From Bacteroidales bacterium (GTDB taxonomy: Bacteria; Bacteroidota; Bacteroidia; Bacteroidales; UBA12077), in the NCBI GenBank assembly GCA_018334675.1, contig JAGXLL010000004.1, positions 35,522-99,521 of the forward strand: a stretch of DNA of 64,000 bases, in the 5' to 3' direction. A program made the position numbers and the translations under genes. The notes beneath the pieces are model-generated. The model had not been told where the DNA came from, searched no databases, and saw only the letters and a list, made by a program, of their open reading frames with translations. Below, piece after piece: positions 1 through 9,173 of this stretch (positions within the stretch are counted from its first letter, which is position 1; the number at the start of each line of letters is the position of its first letter).

Positions 1-1672
1 TGTCCATGACCACGCTCAGATCATCATCCGAGGAACATACCGAGATCTGCAGATCATATTTGGCGAAATAACCGCCGAAATATTCGGTTAACAGGTAATC
101 CAGAATCTGGCGTTCGTTCTCCAGGTAGTTGATCATCCATTGGGATATCGTTGAATCCTTTGCAATTGCGTCCTCCCGCCTTCTCAATAGCAGCTCGCCC
201 ACCCGGTCGCGCTCACCTTCCAGGTTGGAAACCAATATCTGTCGCTTATCCCGTTCCTTCTCCTGTGTCTTATCATGGATCAGCCAAACCGAAAAGAGCA
301 CCGCCAGCAAAATGATACCCATCAGCCGGGGATAGGAATAGGGTGTATCGGTAAAAACGATCAGGGCCACCACCAGATGGCTTAAATAAAAGAAGGCCAC
401 CACATACCAGCGTATTGTCACATCCTGTCCTAAGATGATTAGCAGGATCAACAGTGACAGGGGCAGGAAAACAGCCAGGAATCCTTTCAAATTCACCTGG
501 TTCCGGATCTTATGCATAAAAAAATCCAGCCAGATGAAATACAGGGAAAGCATGATGAAGATGGCCAGCAGAACCAGTATGCCATTGGGCTTGAGATCGA
601 AGAAACGGTAGAAATCAAAGGAGAAGCTGGAATTAAAGATCAGAGAATCGAATAGATGGTAAAGCAGGGCAAAAAAGCCGATGGTAAGCAAAGAACAACC
701 TGCAGGAGCTAAAAACCGGCTACTCCTGTTCATCCTCCATTGTACCAGGTTGGCCTTGAAATATTTCACCACCATCCAGAGTATAAACCAAAGAAAGATC
801 ATATGCAGCAGCATGTCGCCCAGGTTGGGATTGACGGTGGAGGAGGCATAAAAAGTTGGATCAAAAACACCAAGCTGATAAAGGTTCCCCGGGAACTGAA
901 ACCGGAGCATGGCCCATCTTACGGCAACAAGGAAAACAACAAGGAAACCCAGATACAACATTTTCTTTTGTCGCGCAGCCCAGAGCCTGAAACCCCGGGC
1001 AAGGGCCAGGAGAAGAAAAAGCAGCGAGACCAGGAAAAATGCTACTGAAACATAATAGCCCGGTGTCTTCCCCAATTTATATACAGAAGGGGTCAATGAA
1101 AGCAGGTAGGTGCCATCCGAATCGTTTATGGCCATCCCTTCAGCAGGATCTTTCACAATGCTGACTGTCCCGGGAAGGCCAAAATCTCGCTGAAAGACGT
1201 TATGCAGATACTGGTTTTCATACGAATAAGCTTTGCGGATAAGCTCTACCCCCATCACCCGGAAACTGTCGCATCGCATCTGTTTGATGTAATACCATCC
1301 ATTGCCCAGTTGGGCTACGGTTTCATTTTTCAGGGTATCCACCTCAGGCAGCGGGATGCTGTTCACACTCCAGTACCTGAGTTGATGCGAGCCATAGATG
1401 AAGAAAGCCAGGCCCCTGTCCTGAAAGAGTTTCGAGGCACCCTCATAAATATCGGTACCCAGCCCGTCGATGCCATGCTGTTGGATGGAATCGCGAAAAC
1501 CCTCCATATAACCCTCCATCATACGTTTCTTCTTCAGATGAATCTGCTCGAAGGCCGAAGCATCTATCCGGCGGGTGTTATTGGGGCTGTAATGGTGATC
1601 CAGGAAAAGACTCAGGGCAAAAAACAGGACAAACGCGCCCAAATAAATGAATATGCTTCGCATGGCGGTCAT
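1..1672 (-). CDS. multi-pass membrane protein, N-terminal ~557 aa (3' end runs off the window); possible membrane sensor
   Basis: This ORF is absent from the track because no stop codon lies inside the window. Manual reverse-complement translation from the ATG at 1672 (MTAMRSIFIYLGAFVLFFALS...) stayed open to position 1. The product has a signal anchor, a ~180-aa extracytoplasmic part, about 7 hydrophobic helices, then a charged segment (DKTQEKERDKRQILVSNLEGERD). The three + strand track ORFs here look like low-complexity shadows. Confidence 0.55.
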   Translation of the reverse strand, partial: MTAMRSIFIYLGAFVLFFALSLFLDHHYSPNNTRRIDASAFEQIHLKKKRMMEGYMEGFRDSIQQHGIDGLGTDIYEGASKLFQDRGLAFFIYGSHQLRYWSVNSIPLPEVDTLKNETVAQLGNGWYYIKQMRCDSFRVMGVELIRKAYSYENQYLHNVFQRDFGLPGTVSIVKDPAEGMAINDSDGTYLLSLTPSVYKLGKTPGYYVSVAFFLVSLLFLLLALARGFRLWAARQKKMLYLGFLVVFLVAVRWAMLRFQFPGNLYQLGVFDPTFYASSTVNPNLGDMLLHMIFLWFILWMVVKYFKANLVQWRMNRSSRFLAPAGCSLLTIGFFALLYHLFDSLIFNSSFSFDFYRFFDLKPNGILVLLAIFIMLSLYFIWLDFFMHKIRNQVNLKGFLAVFLPLSLLILLIILGQDVTIRWYVVAFFYLSHLVVALIVFTDTPYSYPRLMGIILLAVLFSVWLIHDKTQEKERDKRQILVSNLEGERDRVGELLLRRREDAIAKDSTISQWMINYLENERQILDYLLTEYFGGYFAKYDLQISVCSSDDDLSVVMD

Positions 1673-1689
1673 TTTAGTTTAATAATCTT

Positions 1690-2166
1690 TCATCCTCCAT
1701 GATGGTAGGGTTCACCATTGAGGATGGTGAAAGCGCGGTAGAGCTGTTCAGCGAACATCACCCTTACCACCTGATGGGACATGGTCATCTTTGAGAGCGA
1801 TATCATCCCGGAGGCTTCCTGGCGCAGACCTTCGGCAAAACCATAGGCACCACCGATAACAAAGACCAAATGCTGAATACCCGAGCTCATCTGTTTCTGC
1901 ATCCACCGGGCAAAGTCTTCCGAAGGTCGCTGCCGGCCCTTTTCATCCAACAACACAACACGGGCGCCCGTGGGCAAGGCTTTTCGGATGCTTTGAGCCT
2001 CCTTTTGCTGAATTTCCCTGATGGATAGTTTAGGAGAGCTTTTTGCCGGCGACACCTCCGATATCCGGAATGGAACATACCGGTTGATGCGCTTCTCGTA
2101 ATCATTCAGCGCCTCCTGAACATACTTTTCTTTGTTCTTTCCTACCACCAGCAAGGTTATCTTCAT
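1690..2166 (-). CDS. rlmH: 23S rRNA (pseudouridine1915-N3)-methyltransferase RlmH (SPOUT)
   Basis: The 158-aa product starts MKITLLVVGK and contains the VFVIGGAYGF and SLSKMTMSHQ..R..EQLYRA motifs typical of RlmH. Confidence 0.92.
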   Translation of the reverse strand: MKITLLVVGKNKEKYVQEALNDYEKRINRYVPFRISEVSPAKSSPKLSIREIQQKEAQSIRKALPTGARVVLLDEKGRQRPSEDFARWMQKQMSSGIQHLVFVIGGAYGFAEGLRQEASGMISLSKMTMSHQVVRVMFAEQLYRAFTILNGEPYHHGG

Positions 2167-2307
2167 AGCAACCTACTACGTTTTGAAATCGCCGCTACCC
2201 AAAATTACGAAGAAAAATACGGCAATCCATACCAATCGCCTAATTTAACGGTTCCTGTTTTTATATTCATGAAAATAATGCTATCTTGGTAGCCAGTTTC
2301 CCTTTTT

Positions 2308-2754
2308 ATGGTTCAATTTTTGCAACCATTACAAAAACATTATATCATGAATGTATATACAAAAATAATACCCATTCTTCTGATTGGGACACTATTTTTA
2401 AGAGGGGGAGCGACAGGGTATCAGGAGGAGATACCCCGTGATATTGCCATTGCCTTCAAGGTGGGCACAGCCAAAGAACTGGCCCGCTTCTTCAACAACA
2501 ACCTGGAGCTGGCTGTGGGTGAGAAGGAAGATGTATACAGCAAATCACAGGCAGAGCGGATCATGGACAACTTCTTCGTCAACCATCCTCCCAGGAGCTT
2601 TAAGTTCATCCATCAGGGAGGAAAAGAAACCGCGCGATATGCCATTGGCAAGCTGGTGACCTTCAACGGGGAATTTCGGGTGTATATGCTGCTGAAGCAG
2701 AAGAACGGACAATCATTGATCCATCAACTGCGCATCGAAAATGAGATTGAATAA
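2308..2754 (+). CDS. small secreted protein (DUF4783-like); probable true start at 2347 (MNVYTKIIPILLIG)
   Basis: A signal-peptide-like N-terminus follows the internal Met. The gene overlaps the nadC start by 14 nt. The family name is recalled, not searched. Confidence 0.55.
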   Translation: MVQFLQPLQKHYIMNVYTKIIPILLIGTLFLRGGATGYQEEIPRDIAIAFKVGTAKELARFFNNNLELAVGEKEDVYSKSQAERIMDNFFVNHPPRSFKFIHQGGKETARYAIGKLVTFNGEFRVYMLLKQKNGQSLIHQLRIENEIE

Positions 2755-3595
2755 AGACGAGCATCTGGATCAAATACTCGAGCTGGCCATTGAAGAAGAC
2801 ATCGGGGACGGCGATCACAGTTCCCTGGCCTGCATACCTTCCAAAAAGAAAGGCACCTCACATTTGTTGATCAAGCAACCCGGTATCCTGGCCGGGGTGG
2901 AAGCAGCCCAAACCATCTTCCGCAAGATCGACCCCCGCCTGAAGACCCAACTTTTTATTGCCGACGGAGCCCCTGTCATTCAGGGCGACATCGCCTTCCA
3001 GGTGGAAGGACGCGTGCAGAGCATCCTGCGGGCTGAGCGACTGGTGCTGAATGTGATGCAGCGCATGAGCGGCATAGCCACACAAACCAAACGCTATGCC
3101 GACCGGCTGGAAGGCCTGCCCACCCGCGTGCTGGATACCCGCAAGACCACCCCTGGCCTCCGGAGCCTCGAGAAAAGAGCGGTAGAGCTCGGCGGGGGAA
3201 CCAACCACCGGATGGGCTTGTACGACATGATTATGCTCAAGGACAACCACATCGATTTTGCCGGAGGCATCTCCCAGGCCATCCGCAAGACCCTCAAATA
3301 CCTCCAGAAAAAAGAGCAGAGCCTGCTGATCGAAGTAGAAGTGCGCAACCTGGATGAAGTACAGGAAGTGTTGGATACCGGAGGGGTCGACCGCATCCTG
3401 CTCGACAACTTTACCCCGGAAGATACCCGCAAAGCCGTGAAGATGATCGACGGAGCCTTTGAAACCGAGTCTTCGGGAGGCATCACCCTGGAAACCATCC
3501 GCGACTATGCTGAATGCGGGGTGGATTATGTATCCGTCGGGGCCCTTACCCACCATATATACAGCCTCGACATGAGTCTGAAAGCTGTTAAATGA
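2741..3595 (+). CDS. nadC: nicotinate-nucleotide pyrophosphorylase (quinolinate phosphoribosyltransferase)
   Basis: The 284-aa product has ERLVLNVMQRMSGIAT, DTRKTTPGLR, HRMGLYD.IMLKDNH and a C-terminal VDY.SVGALTH, which together are classical NadC motifs. Confidence 0.93.
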   Translation: MRLNKDEHLDQILELAIEEDIGDGDHSSLACIPSKKKGTSHLLIKQPGILAGVEAAQTIFRKIDPRLKTQLFIADGAPVIQGDIAFQVEGRVQSILRAERLVLNVMQRMSGIATQTKRYADRLEGLPTRVLDTRKTTPGLRSLEKRAVELGGGTNHRMGLYDMIMLKDNHIDFAGGISQAIRKTLKYLQKKEQSLLIEVEVRNLDEVQEVLDTGGVDRILLDNFTPEDTRKAVKMIDGAFETESSGGITLETIRDYAECGVDYVSVGALTHHIYSLDMSLKAVK

Positions 3596-3666
3596 TGAAC
3601 ATTCCAAAAATCTTATTATTTTTACCACCTCTCAAACATCCATTCAACTGCTAGATCAGGCAAAAC

Positions 3667-4599
3667 ATGGAGGGCAGCATCAAGATCCGCACTGCGACGG
3701 AACACATTAAGAAAAAGGCAAAAAATGTCAGTCTGCCGGGGTTATATGGCATCCCCCTGTATGATGTGATCAAATTTTTCATGGAAGGCATCCGCAACGG
3801 AGCCCTGACTACCCGGGCTTCCTCGGTGGCCTTCAACTTCGTGCTGGCCATGTTCCCGGCCACCATCTTCCTGTTCACCCTCATCCCCTATATCCCCATC
3901 AACAATTTCCAGAATGAGCTGCTGGCCGTATTCGAAAATATCCTGCCCAAAACAGCTTTTCATTTTCTGGAGTCGACCCTGGTGGATCTGGTGATGCGTA
4001 AGAACTGGGGACTGCTCTCTTTCGGAGCACTGGCCAGTTTGTTCTTCTCGATGAATGGCATTCATGCACTGATCGAGGGGTTTAACTCCAGTCACCATTA
4101 CGTGGAGACACGCAGCTGGCTTACCCAGCGACTCATATCCATCGCCCTGGTTTTCATACTTTTTTCCCTGATCACCTCGGCTACCGTCCTGATCATCTCC
4201 AGCCGTACCGTTTTGAACATGATGGTTGAACAAAACATCCTGGAATATGGTATCACCTATTACCTGATCATGATTGGAAAATGGGTCATCATCATTGGCT
4301 TTCACCTGGTGGCCATATCGTTTCTTTATTACCTGGCCCCAGCCAAAAGGCCGCGCTGGCGATTTGTATCGCCGGGTGCCATTATAGCCACGATGCTGTC
4401 GATCCTGGCTTCCCTGATCTTTTCCCTGTTCATCAACAATTTCGGTCAGCTGAACAAATTGTACGGGTCGATTGGAACGATGATGATCATCATGATATGG
4501 ACCTATTTCAATTCGCTGGCCCTGATCATCGGCTTTGAGCTGAATGCCAGCATCAACAGCGCCCAGATCAGGTCGGACAACGGAGCACACAACCCATAA
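3667..4599 (+). CDS. YihY/BrkB-family inner-membrane protein
   Basis: The 310-aa product has about 6 TM helices and AFNFVLAMFPA and YGSIG..I..M.W.Y motifs typical of the YihY/virulence factor BrkB family. Confidence 0.82.
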   Translation: MEGSIKIRTATEHIKKKAKNVSLPGLYGIPLYDVIKFFMEGIRNGALTTRASSVAFNFVLAMFPATIFLFTLIPYIPINNFQNELLAVFENILPKTAFHFLESTLVDLVMRKNWGLLSFGALASLFFSMNGIHALIEGFNSSHHYVETRSWLTQRLISIALVFILFSLITSATVLIISSRTVLNMMVEQNILEYGITYYLIMIGKWVIIIGFHLVAISFLYYLAPAKRPRWRFVSPGAIIATMLSILASLIFSLFINNFGQLNKLYGSIGTMMIIMIWTYFNSLALIIGFELNASINSAQIRSDNGAHNP

Positions 4600-4608
4600 T
4601 AACATAAC

Positions 4609-5250
4609 GTGAAAAACGATCTGTCCCAAATACGCAAGGAATACTCACAGCGGTCCCTTTCCCGGGATGCTGTTTTGGAGGATCCCCTGAAGCAGCTGCA
4701 GCAATGGCTGGATGAGGCCATACGCTCGGAAGTGATGGAGCCCACGGCCATGACTCTTGCCACGGTCAACAACCAGGGCAGGCCTTCAGCCCGGACGGTT
4801 CTGCTGAAGGAGTTTACCGAAGCAGGGGTGGTGTTGTACACCAATTACAACAGCAGAAAAGCCCGGCAACTTGTGATCCGGCCCTTCGCGGCCCTGGTAT
4901 TATTCTGGCCGGAGCTGGAACGACAGGTGCGCCTGGAAGGACGGGTAAAGAAAGTCGGCCCGGAACAATCCGACAGATATTTCCTCTCGCGGCCCTATAA
5001 GAGCCAGCTCGGTGCATGGGTTTCCAACCAGAGCCAAGTGATCCCCGACCGCACCTACCTGGAAAAAAAGATGGAAAAAATATCGAAAAGATTTAAACAT
5101 CAACCCATGCACCGACCGGCACACTGGGGTGGTTACCAACTTCTCCCTGACCGGGTAGAATTCTGGCAAGGCAGGAGAAGCCGTCTGCACGACCGCATCG
5201 AATATCTTAAGGAGACCCAAAGCTGGATGATCCGGCGCCTGGCTCCCTAA
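4609..5250 (+). CDS. pdxH: pyridoxamine 5'-phosphate oxidase
   Basis: The 213-aa product has RTVLLKE, RQVR.EG, the YF.SRP..SQ.GAW.S.QS motif and a C-terminal EFWQGR..RLHDR. It uses a GTG start. Confidence 0.93.
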   Translation: MKNDLSQIRKEYSQRSLSRDAVLEDPLKQLQQWLDEAIRSEVMEPTAMTLATVNNQGRPSARTVLLKEFTEAGVVLYTNYNSRKARQLVIRPFAALVLFWPELERQVRLEGRVKKVGPEQSDRYFLSRPYKSQLGAWVSNQSQVIPDRTYLEKKMEKISKRFKHQPMHRPAHWGGYQLLPDRVEFWQGRRSRLHDRIEYLKETQSWMIRRLAP

Positions 5251-5273
5251 AAGGTTCATAAAAAAGGGATCTC

Positions 5274-8132
5274 TTACCCCTCTTCCCTGCGGCATATCCC
5301 TGCATAGGGACACAGGCGGCAGGCATTGCGGTCGTCGGTCTGCCCAAAGGGGATCGACGGATCAAACAATCGACGCAGGGCTTGCTGCATCCCCTCCTCC
5401 AGCTCCGCTGCCAACGGCCCATAGGTGATAGGCGTTTTGCCCATCTTCAGCCGGTAATCAAATCCATCTTGATATATCTCCCGGAAATAATACAAGCCGG
5501 GTATCAAGGGCCTGCCGGGCTGATGCTGCTGATCGTACAAACGGGCATATATCAGAGCCTGCAGGGCATCATGTTGTCCCTTGCCATCAAACAAAGATGG
5601 GATGTCCGGAAAGCTTCCCTTCGACTGGCCGGTCTTATAATCGATGATCCGTATGCCCCCCTCCTGCTCATCCACCCGGTCGATGGTACCGGCCAGGAGA
5701 ACCTGTTTCTGCTCTCCCCCGGCTTCAAAGGTCAGCGATCCCTCACAGGGCACCTCCAGGCCCAGGGGTCGGAAAGGGGCAAAGCGCTGCTCGGCACGCA
5801 TCAGTTGACGGACGTATTGCAGGATGATGTCTTTGACCAGCAGGTTTTTTCCGGATAGCTCCAGGGCCTGATCGGCAGGATAATCAGAAAAATACTCCTT
5901 CCGGAAGGCATCCACCACATGCTTTTCCAGGGCCCCGGCATCTTTTTCCAGCTCTCTGAGCTCCCGGCGGTCGATCCATTGGCCGGAACGGGCATAGGGC
6001 CCGTAGATGCGCTCGAGGGTGTTGTGCAGCAACAAACCAAAAAGCGGCAGGTCCACATCTTCGGTCACCTCCTCCGGTTCCTTCAAACCGGCCAGGTAAC
6101 GGAAATAAAACCTCAACGGACAAACCAGGTAATTCTTCAAAGCACTTGGAGAAAGGGTGCGTCTTCCTCCTTTCAGGGTATTATACCGTTCCAGCTGTTC
6201 CATCACACCTGGTGTTTTGGCTATCTCAATGGTCTTCTCCCCGGGTATGCCCAGCCCGGAGACCACCGTCTCCTGACGTACGGCCTGCCCGGACTCGAAA
6301 AGCAACTGATGCATGAAACGACTCCTCTCACCGGTTTTCAGCCCGTCGGTGCTGGAGTTGTAAACCAGCGTCACCCGCCGGGCCCTCTGGATAAGCCGGT
6401 AGAAATAGTAGGCATAGATGGCATCATGATGCTCATGGGTAGGCAGTCCAAAACCCTTCCGCAGGTTATAGGGTATAAAAGAAGGTGAAGACTCCGCAGT
6501 GGGAAAGACGCCCTCATTCATGGAAAGGATGATCAGGTTTTCGAAATCCAGGGCCCGTGTCTCCAGGATTCCCATCACCTGCAACCCCGAAAGCGGCTCC
6601 CCCTGGAAAGGAATGCTCTGGTTCCTGATCACCCGCTCCAGGATGCGCAGATACGTTTCCGTGCCTACTTCAACCTGCTGTATATCAAAGATCTCTTTGA
6701 GCCTTTTGACTGAAAGATATACATGGTAAATGCTTTCCAGTTCCATCCTGAGCGCGTCATCTTCCTGGCCGCTCTTATCCTTCAAAATCCGGTAAAAATG
6801 CGCATAGCTCTCCAGAATATAATCGCTTAAAGAACGATACCCCTCCGGCAAAATGAATATCTTCCGGAACAACTCGTGCATATGCAGTTCGCTGGCATCA
6901 ACGTATATCTTGTTGTGCTTGTGGATGTCCTCATTGAGTTGCGCCACCTGGTTGTTGCTGATGATGCCCATATACTGGTGGTTCAATATGGCCAGCACAT
7001 CCTGGTAATAAAAAGCCACTCCCCCGGTCTGCTGTCTGGCGTTCTGCTGAAGGCTGATCAGCGAGAGCAACAAGCTGAAAGCGGGGGTAGCGTCCACCGG
7101 ATAGCCCATGGTGACGTTCACCGAGGTGAGATCATCGGGCAGGCTGTTCAAAACAGGCAGCAACAACTGCTCATCAGGCAGTATGATCGCAGTTTGATCG
7201 GGATAACTGGCTTCTCCGGAAGACAGATCACCAAGCAGCCGGGGCAGGATCTTGGCCTGGGCAATGTCGTAGGGGGTATTGATGAATCGTATATCCTTGC
7301 CACTGCCCATGCTGTCGTGGATCTTCAGATCGCGGGAAGGAAATTCCCGGAGGTTGGAGCGTAGGAACCGGCCAGCCTCATGCTTCTGCAGGTAATAGTT
7401 GTCGTAGTCCCAGTAGAAATCGGCCATCTGCCTGGATTCCAGCTCATGGAAAAGTTTTTTCTCGGCCGGGGTCAGCGCATTGAAACCGATAAAAGCATAC
7501 TTCTCATGCCCAGGCTCCAGGCTGCCCGCCCCGATCTGATCCGTCACAGAACGGTAGATCTTACCTTCATAGGCATGGCCTTTTTCATCCAGCTGTTGGT
7601 TGAAATATAAGTACACGTTATAAAGGATCTCCCAGATGCTGATGAAATCCTGCTGCTCCCGGGAGGGTGAGGGAACCTGGAAGGCACTCCAGAATTGCCG
7701 GATGGCCTCGATCTGCTCCTGACTGAGGTAGGAAAAGTGCTCATCGATGGACTTCAGGCTGGCCAGGTTGCGGAACACATCGCGCGGATCCACCAGGTAT
7801 TTATCGATGTCATCAAAGTCATGCAGCAACATCTCCCCCCAGTGATAAAACTCATCAAACGGCTCCTTCGTCTTTTTCTGCTGCTGGAAGACCTGATGCA
7901 GATCGAAGAGCAGAGAAAGGTGATCGGCCTTCTGTAACCCCGACAAATCCTGCATCAGGTCGGAAATGGTATGAATCGAAGGCGACCACACCGGTTGTTT
8001 CAATTCATGAGCCAGATAACGCTTGAAGAAAACACCTGCACGCCGGTTGGGAAAGACCAGGCACAGATCGGCCAGTTGATCCCCGTGTTTTGCCAGGATG
8101 CTCCGGGCTGTCTCCTGAAGAAAATATTTCAT
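5274..8132 (-). CDS. AddB-like PD-(D/E)XK nuclease subunit with C-terminal Fe-S cysteine motif
   Basis: The 952-aa product has a nuclease core (GTIDRVDE...IIDYKTG). It has an upstream Cys (LVCPLRFYF) plus a terminal C-x2-C-x5-C (CRLCPYAGIC), as in AddB-type Fe-S nuclease domains. It has no Walker A motif. Confidence 0.8.
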   Translation of the reverse strand: MKYFLQETARSILAKHGDQLADLCLVFPNRRAGVFFKRYLAHELKQPVWSPSIHTISDLMQDLSGLQKADHLSLLFDLHQVFQQQKKTKEPFDEFYHWGEMLLHDFDDIDKYLVDPRDVFRNLASLKSIDEHFSYLSQEQIEAIRQFWSAFQVPSPSREQQDFISIWEILYNVYLYFNQQLDEKGHAYEGKIYRSVTDQIGAGSLEPGHEKYAFIGFNALTPAEKKLFHELESRQMADFYWDYDNYYLQKHEAGRFLRSNLREFPSRDLKIHDSMGSGKDIRFINTPYDIAQAKILPRLLGDLSSGEASYPDQTAIILPDEQLLLPVLNSLPDDLTSVNVTMGYPVDATPAFSLLLSLISLQQNARQQTGGVAFYYQDVLAILNHQYMGIISNNQVAQLNEDIHKHNKIYVDASELHMHELFRKIFILPEGYRSLSDYILESYAHFYRILKDKSGQEDDALRMELESIYHVYLSVKRLKEIFDIQQVEVGTETYLRILERVIRNQSIPFQGEPLSGLQVMGILETRALDFENLIILSMNEGVFPTAESSPSFIPYNLRKGFGLPTHEHHDAIYAYYFYRLIQRARRVTLVYNSSTDGLKTGERSRFMHQLLFESGQAVRQETVVSGLGIPGEKTIEIAKTPGVMEQLERYNTLKGGRRTLSPSALKNYLVCPLRFYFRYLAGLKEPEEVTEDVDLPLFGLLLHNTLERIYGPYARSGQWIDRRELRELEKDAGALEKHVVDAFRKEYFSDYPADQALELSGKNLLVKDIILQYVRQLMRAEQRFAPFRPLGLEVPCEGSLTFEAGGEQKQVLLAGTIDRVDEQEGGIRIIDYKTGQSKGSFPDIPSLFDGKGQHDALQALIYARLYDQQHQPGRPLIPGLYYFREIYQDGFDYRLKMGKTPITYGPLAAELEEGMQQALRRLFDPSIPFGQTDDRNACRLCPYAGICRREEG

Positions 8133-8195
8133 AGACTCGGGCTGTTGTTGCTGTTGATCCTTGATTGTTTGCTGATTGCCGTCATAAAAGGCTTC

Positions 8196-9173
8196 TTAAA
8201 GATTGAAAGGCTGCCGCACATGTTTGCCCTGCCAGGTATCCCATTCCTCCATTCGCTGTTCTATGAGGGTGCGCACCTGATGGGTCCGGATCTCCCCCCA
8301 GGTATCCTCTATCAACATCCACGGCGGTACCTCACCCGAAAACCGTTCTATGACAAAGGCCGGATTCAGGCGCTCCATAAAGCGGATAACAAAAGAGATA
8401 TATTCTTCCAGGCCAAAAAGGCTGAAACGTTCAGGATGTTCATGATACTCTTGGGCCATCACGGTGTTTTTGATGATCTGGAGCTGATGGAACTTAACCG
8501 TGTCCAGGGGCAGCCCGGAGAGCATGTCGGCCTCGCGCATCATATCGTCGCGGGTCTCGCCCGGCAGACCAAAAATCAGGTGGGCTCCGGTATGGATACC
8601 CTTCTGGGCGGTCTTCTCTATGGCCACGATGGAATCCTCCACCGAATGGCCCCGGTTGATATGCTCCAGGGTTCGGTTGTAAAACGACTCGAGCCCATAT
8701 TCCAGGATGATATAATAATCTTTCGAGAGCCGGGCGAAATAATCCAGCTTCTCCTCGTCGATGCAATCGGGCCGGGTGCCGATCACCAAACCGATCACTC
8801 CCGGATAACTCAAAGCCTGATCATAGATGGTTTTCAGCTCTTCCAGGGGGGCATAGGTATTGGAATATGCCTGGAAATAGGCCAGGTAGCGTCGTGCCCG
8901 GCGGTACCTTTTCTTATGAAACTCCATCCCTTCCCGGATCTGCACACTTACATCCTTGGAAGGCTTGCAATAGGCAGGATTGAAAGCATCGTTGTCGCAA
9001 TAGGTGCATCCCCCGTAACCTTTGGTTCCGTCGCGATTCGGACAGGTAAAACCGGCATCAATGGTGACTTTTTGTACCCGTTCGCCAAAGATCCTCTTGA
9101 AGTAATCGCTGTAGGCGTTGAATCGCCTTGTGTTTCCCCAGGGATATACTCCCTCTTTCCTTGTGCTGCTCAT
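8196..9173 (-). CDS. radical SAM protein, YhcC/TIGR01212-like
   Basis: Motifs include CPNRDGTKGYGGCTYC, LAYFQAYSNTY and E.GLES..N.TL..INRGH. The ATG at 9173 overlaps the upstream stop as TGATG. The track start at 9176 is a TTG one codon upstream. Confidence 0.85.
   Translation of the reverse strand: MSSTRKEGVYPWGNTRRFNAYSDYFKRIFGERVQKVTIDAGFTCPNRDGTKGYGGCTYCDNDAFNPAYCKPSKDVSVQIREGMEFHKKRYRRARRYLAYFQAYSNTYAPLEELKTIYDQALSYPGVIGLVIGTRPDCIDEEKLDYFARLSKDYYIILEYGLESFYNRTLEHINRGHSVEDSIVAIEKTAQKGIHTGAHLIFGLPGETRDDMMREADMLSGLPLDTVKFHQLQIIKNTVMAQEYHEHPERFSLFGLEEYISFVIRFMERLNPAFVIERFSGEVPPWMLIEDTWGEIRTHQVRTLIEQRMEEWDTWQGKHVRQPFNL

Noticed and set aside
129-1702. Three + strand track ORFs (129..335, 740..1048, 1202..1702) at the left edge
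   Set aside because: Their translations are low-complexity and biased (S/R/P or K/Q rich). The opposite strand gives one uninterrupted membrane-protein frame from 1672 to the window edge. That frame was missing from the track only because its stop lies outside the window.
2858-4629. Long antisense ORFs 2858..3628 (-), 3094..3498 (-) and 3742..4629 (-) opposite nadC and the YihY-family gene
   Set aside because: The sense strands carry unmistakable NadC and YihY motifs. The antisense products are Gly/Ala/His/Gln-rich, with no motifs and no room for promoters. They are typical shadow ORFs.
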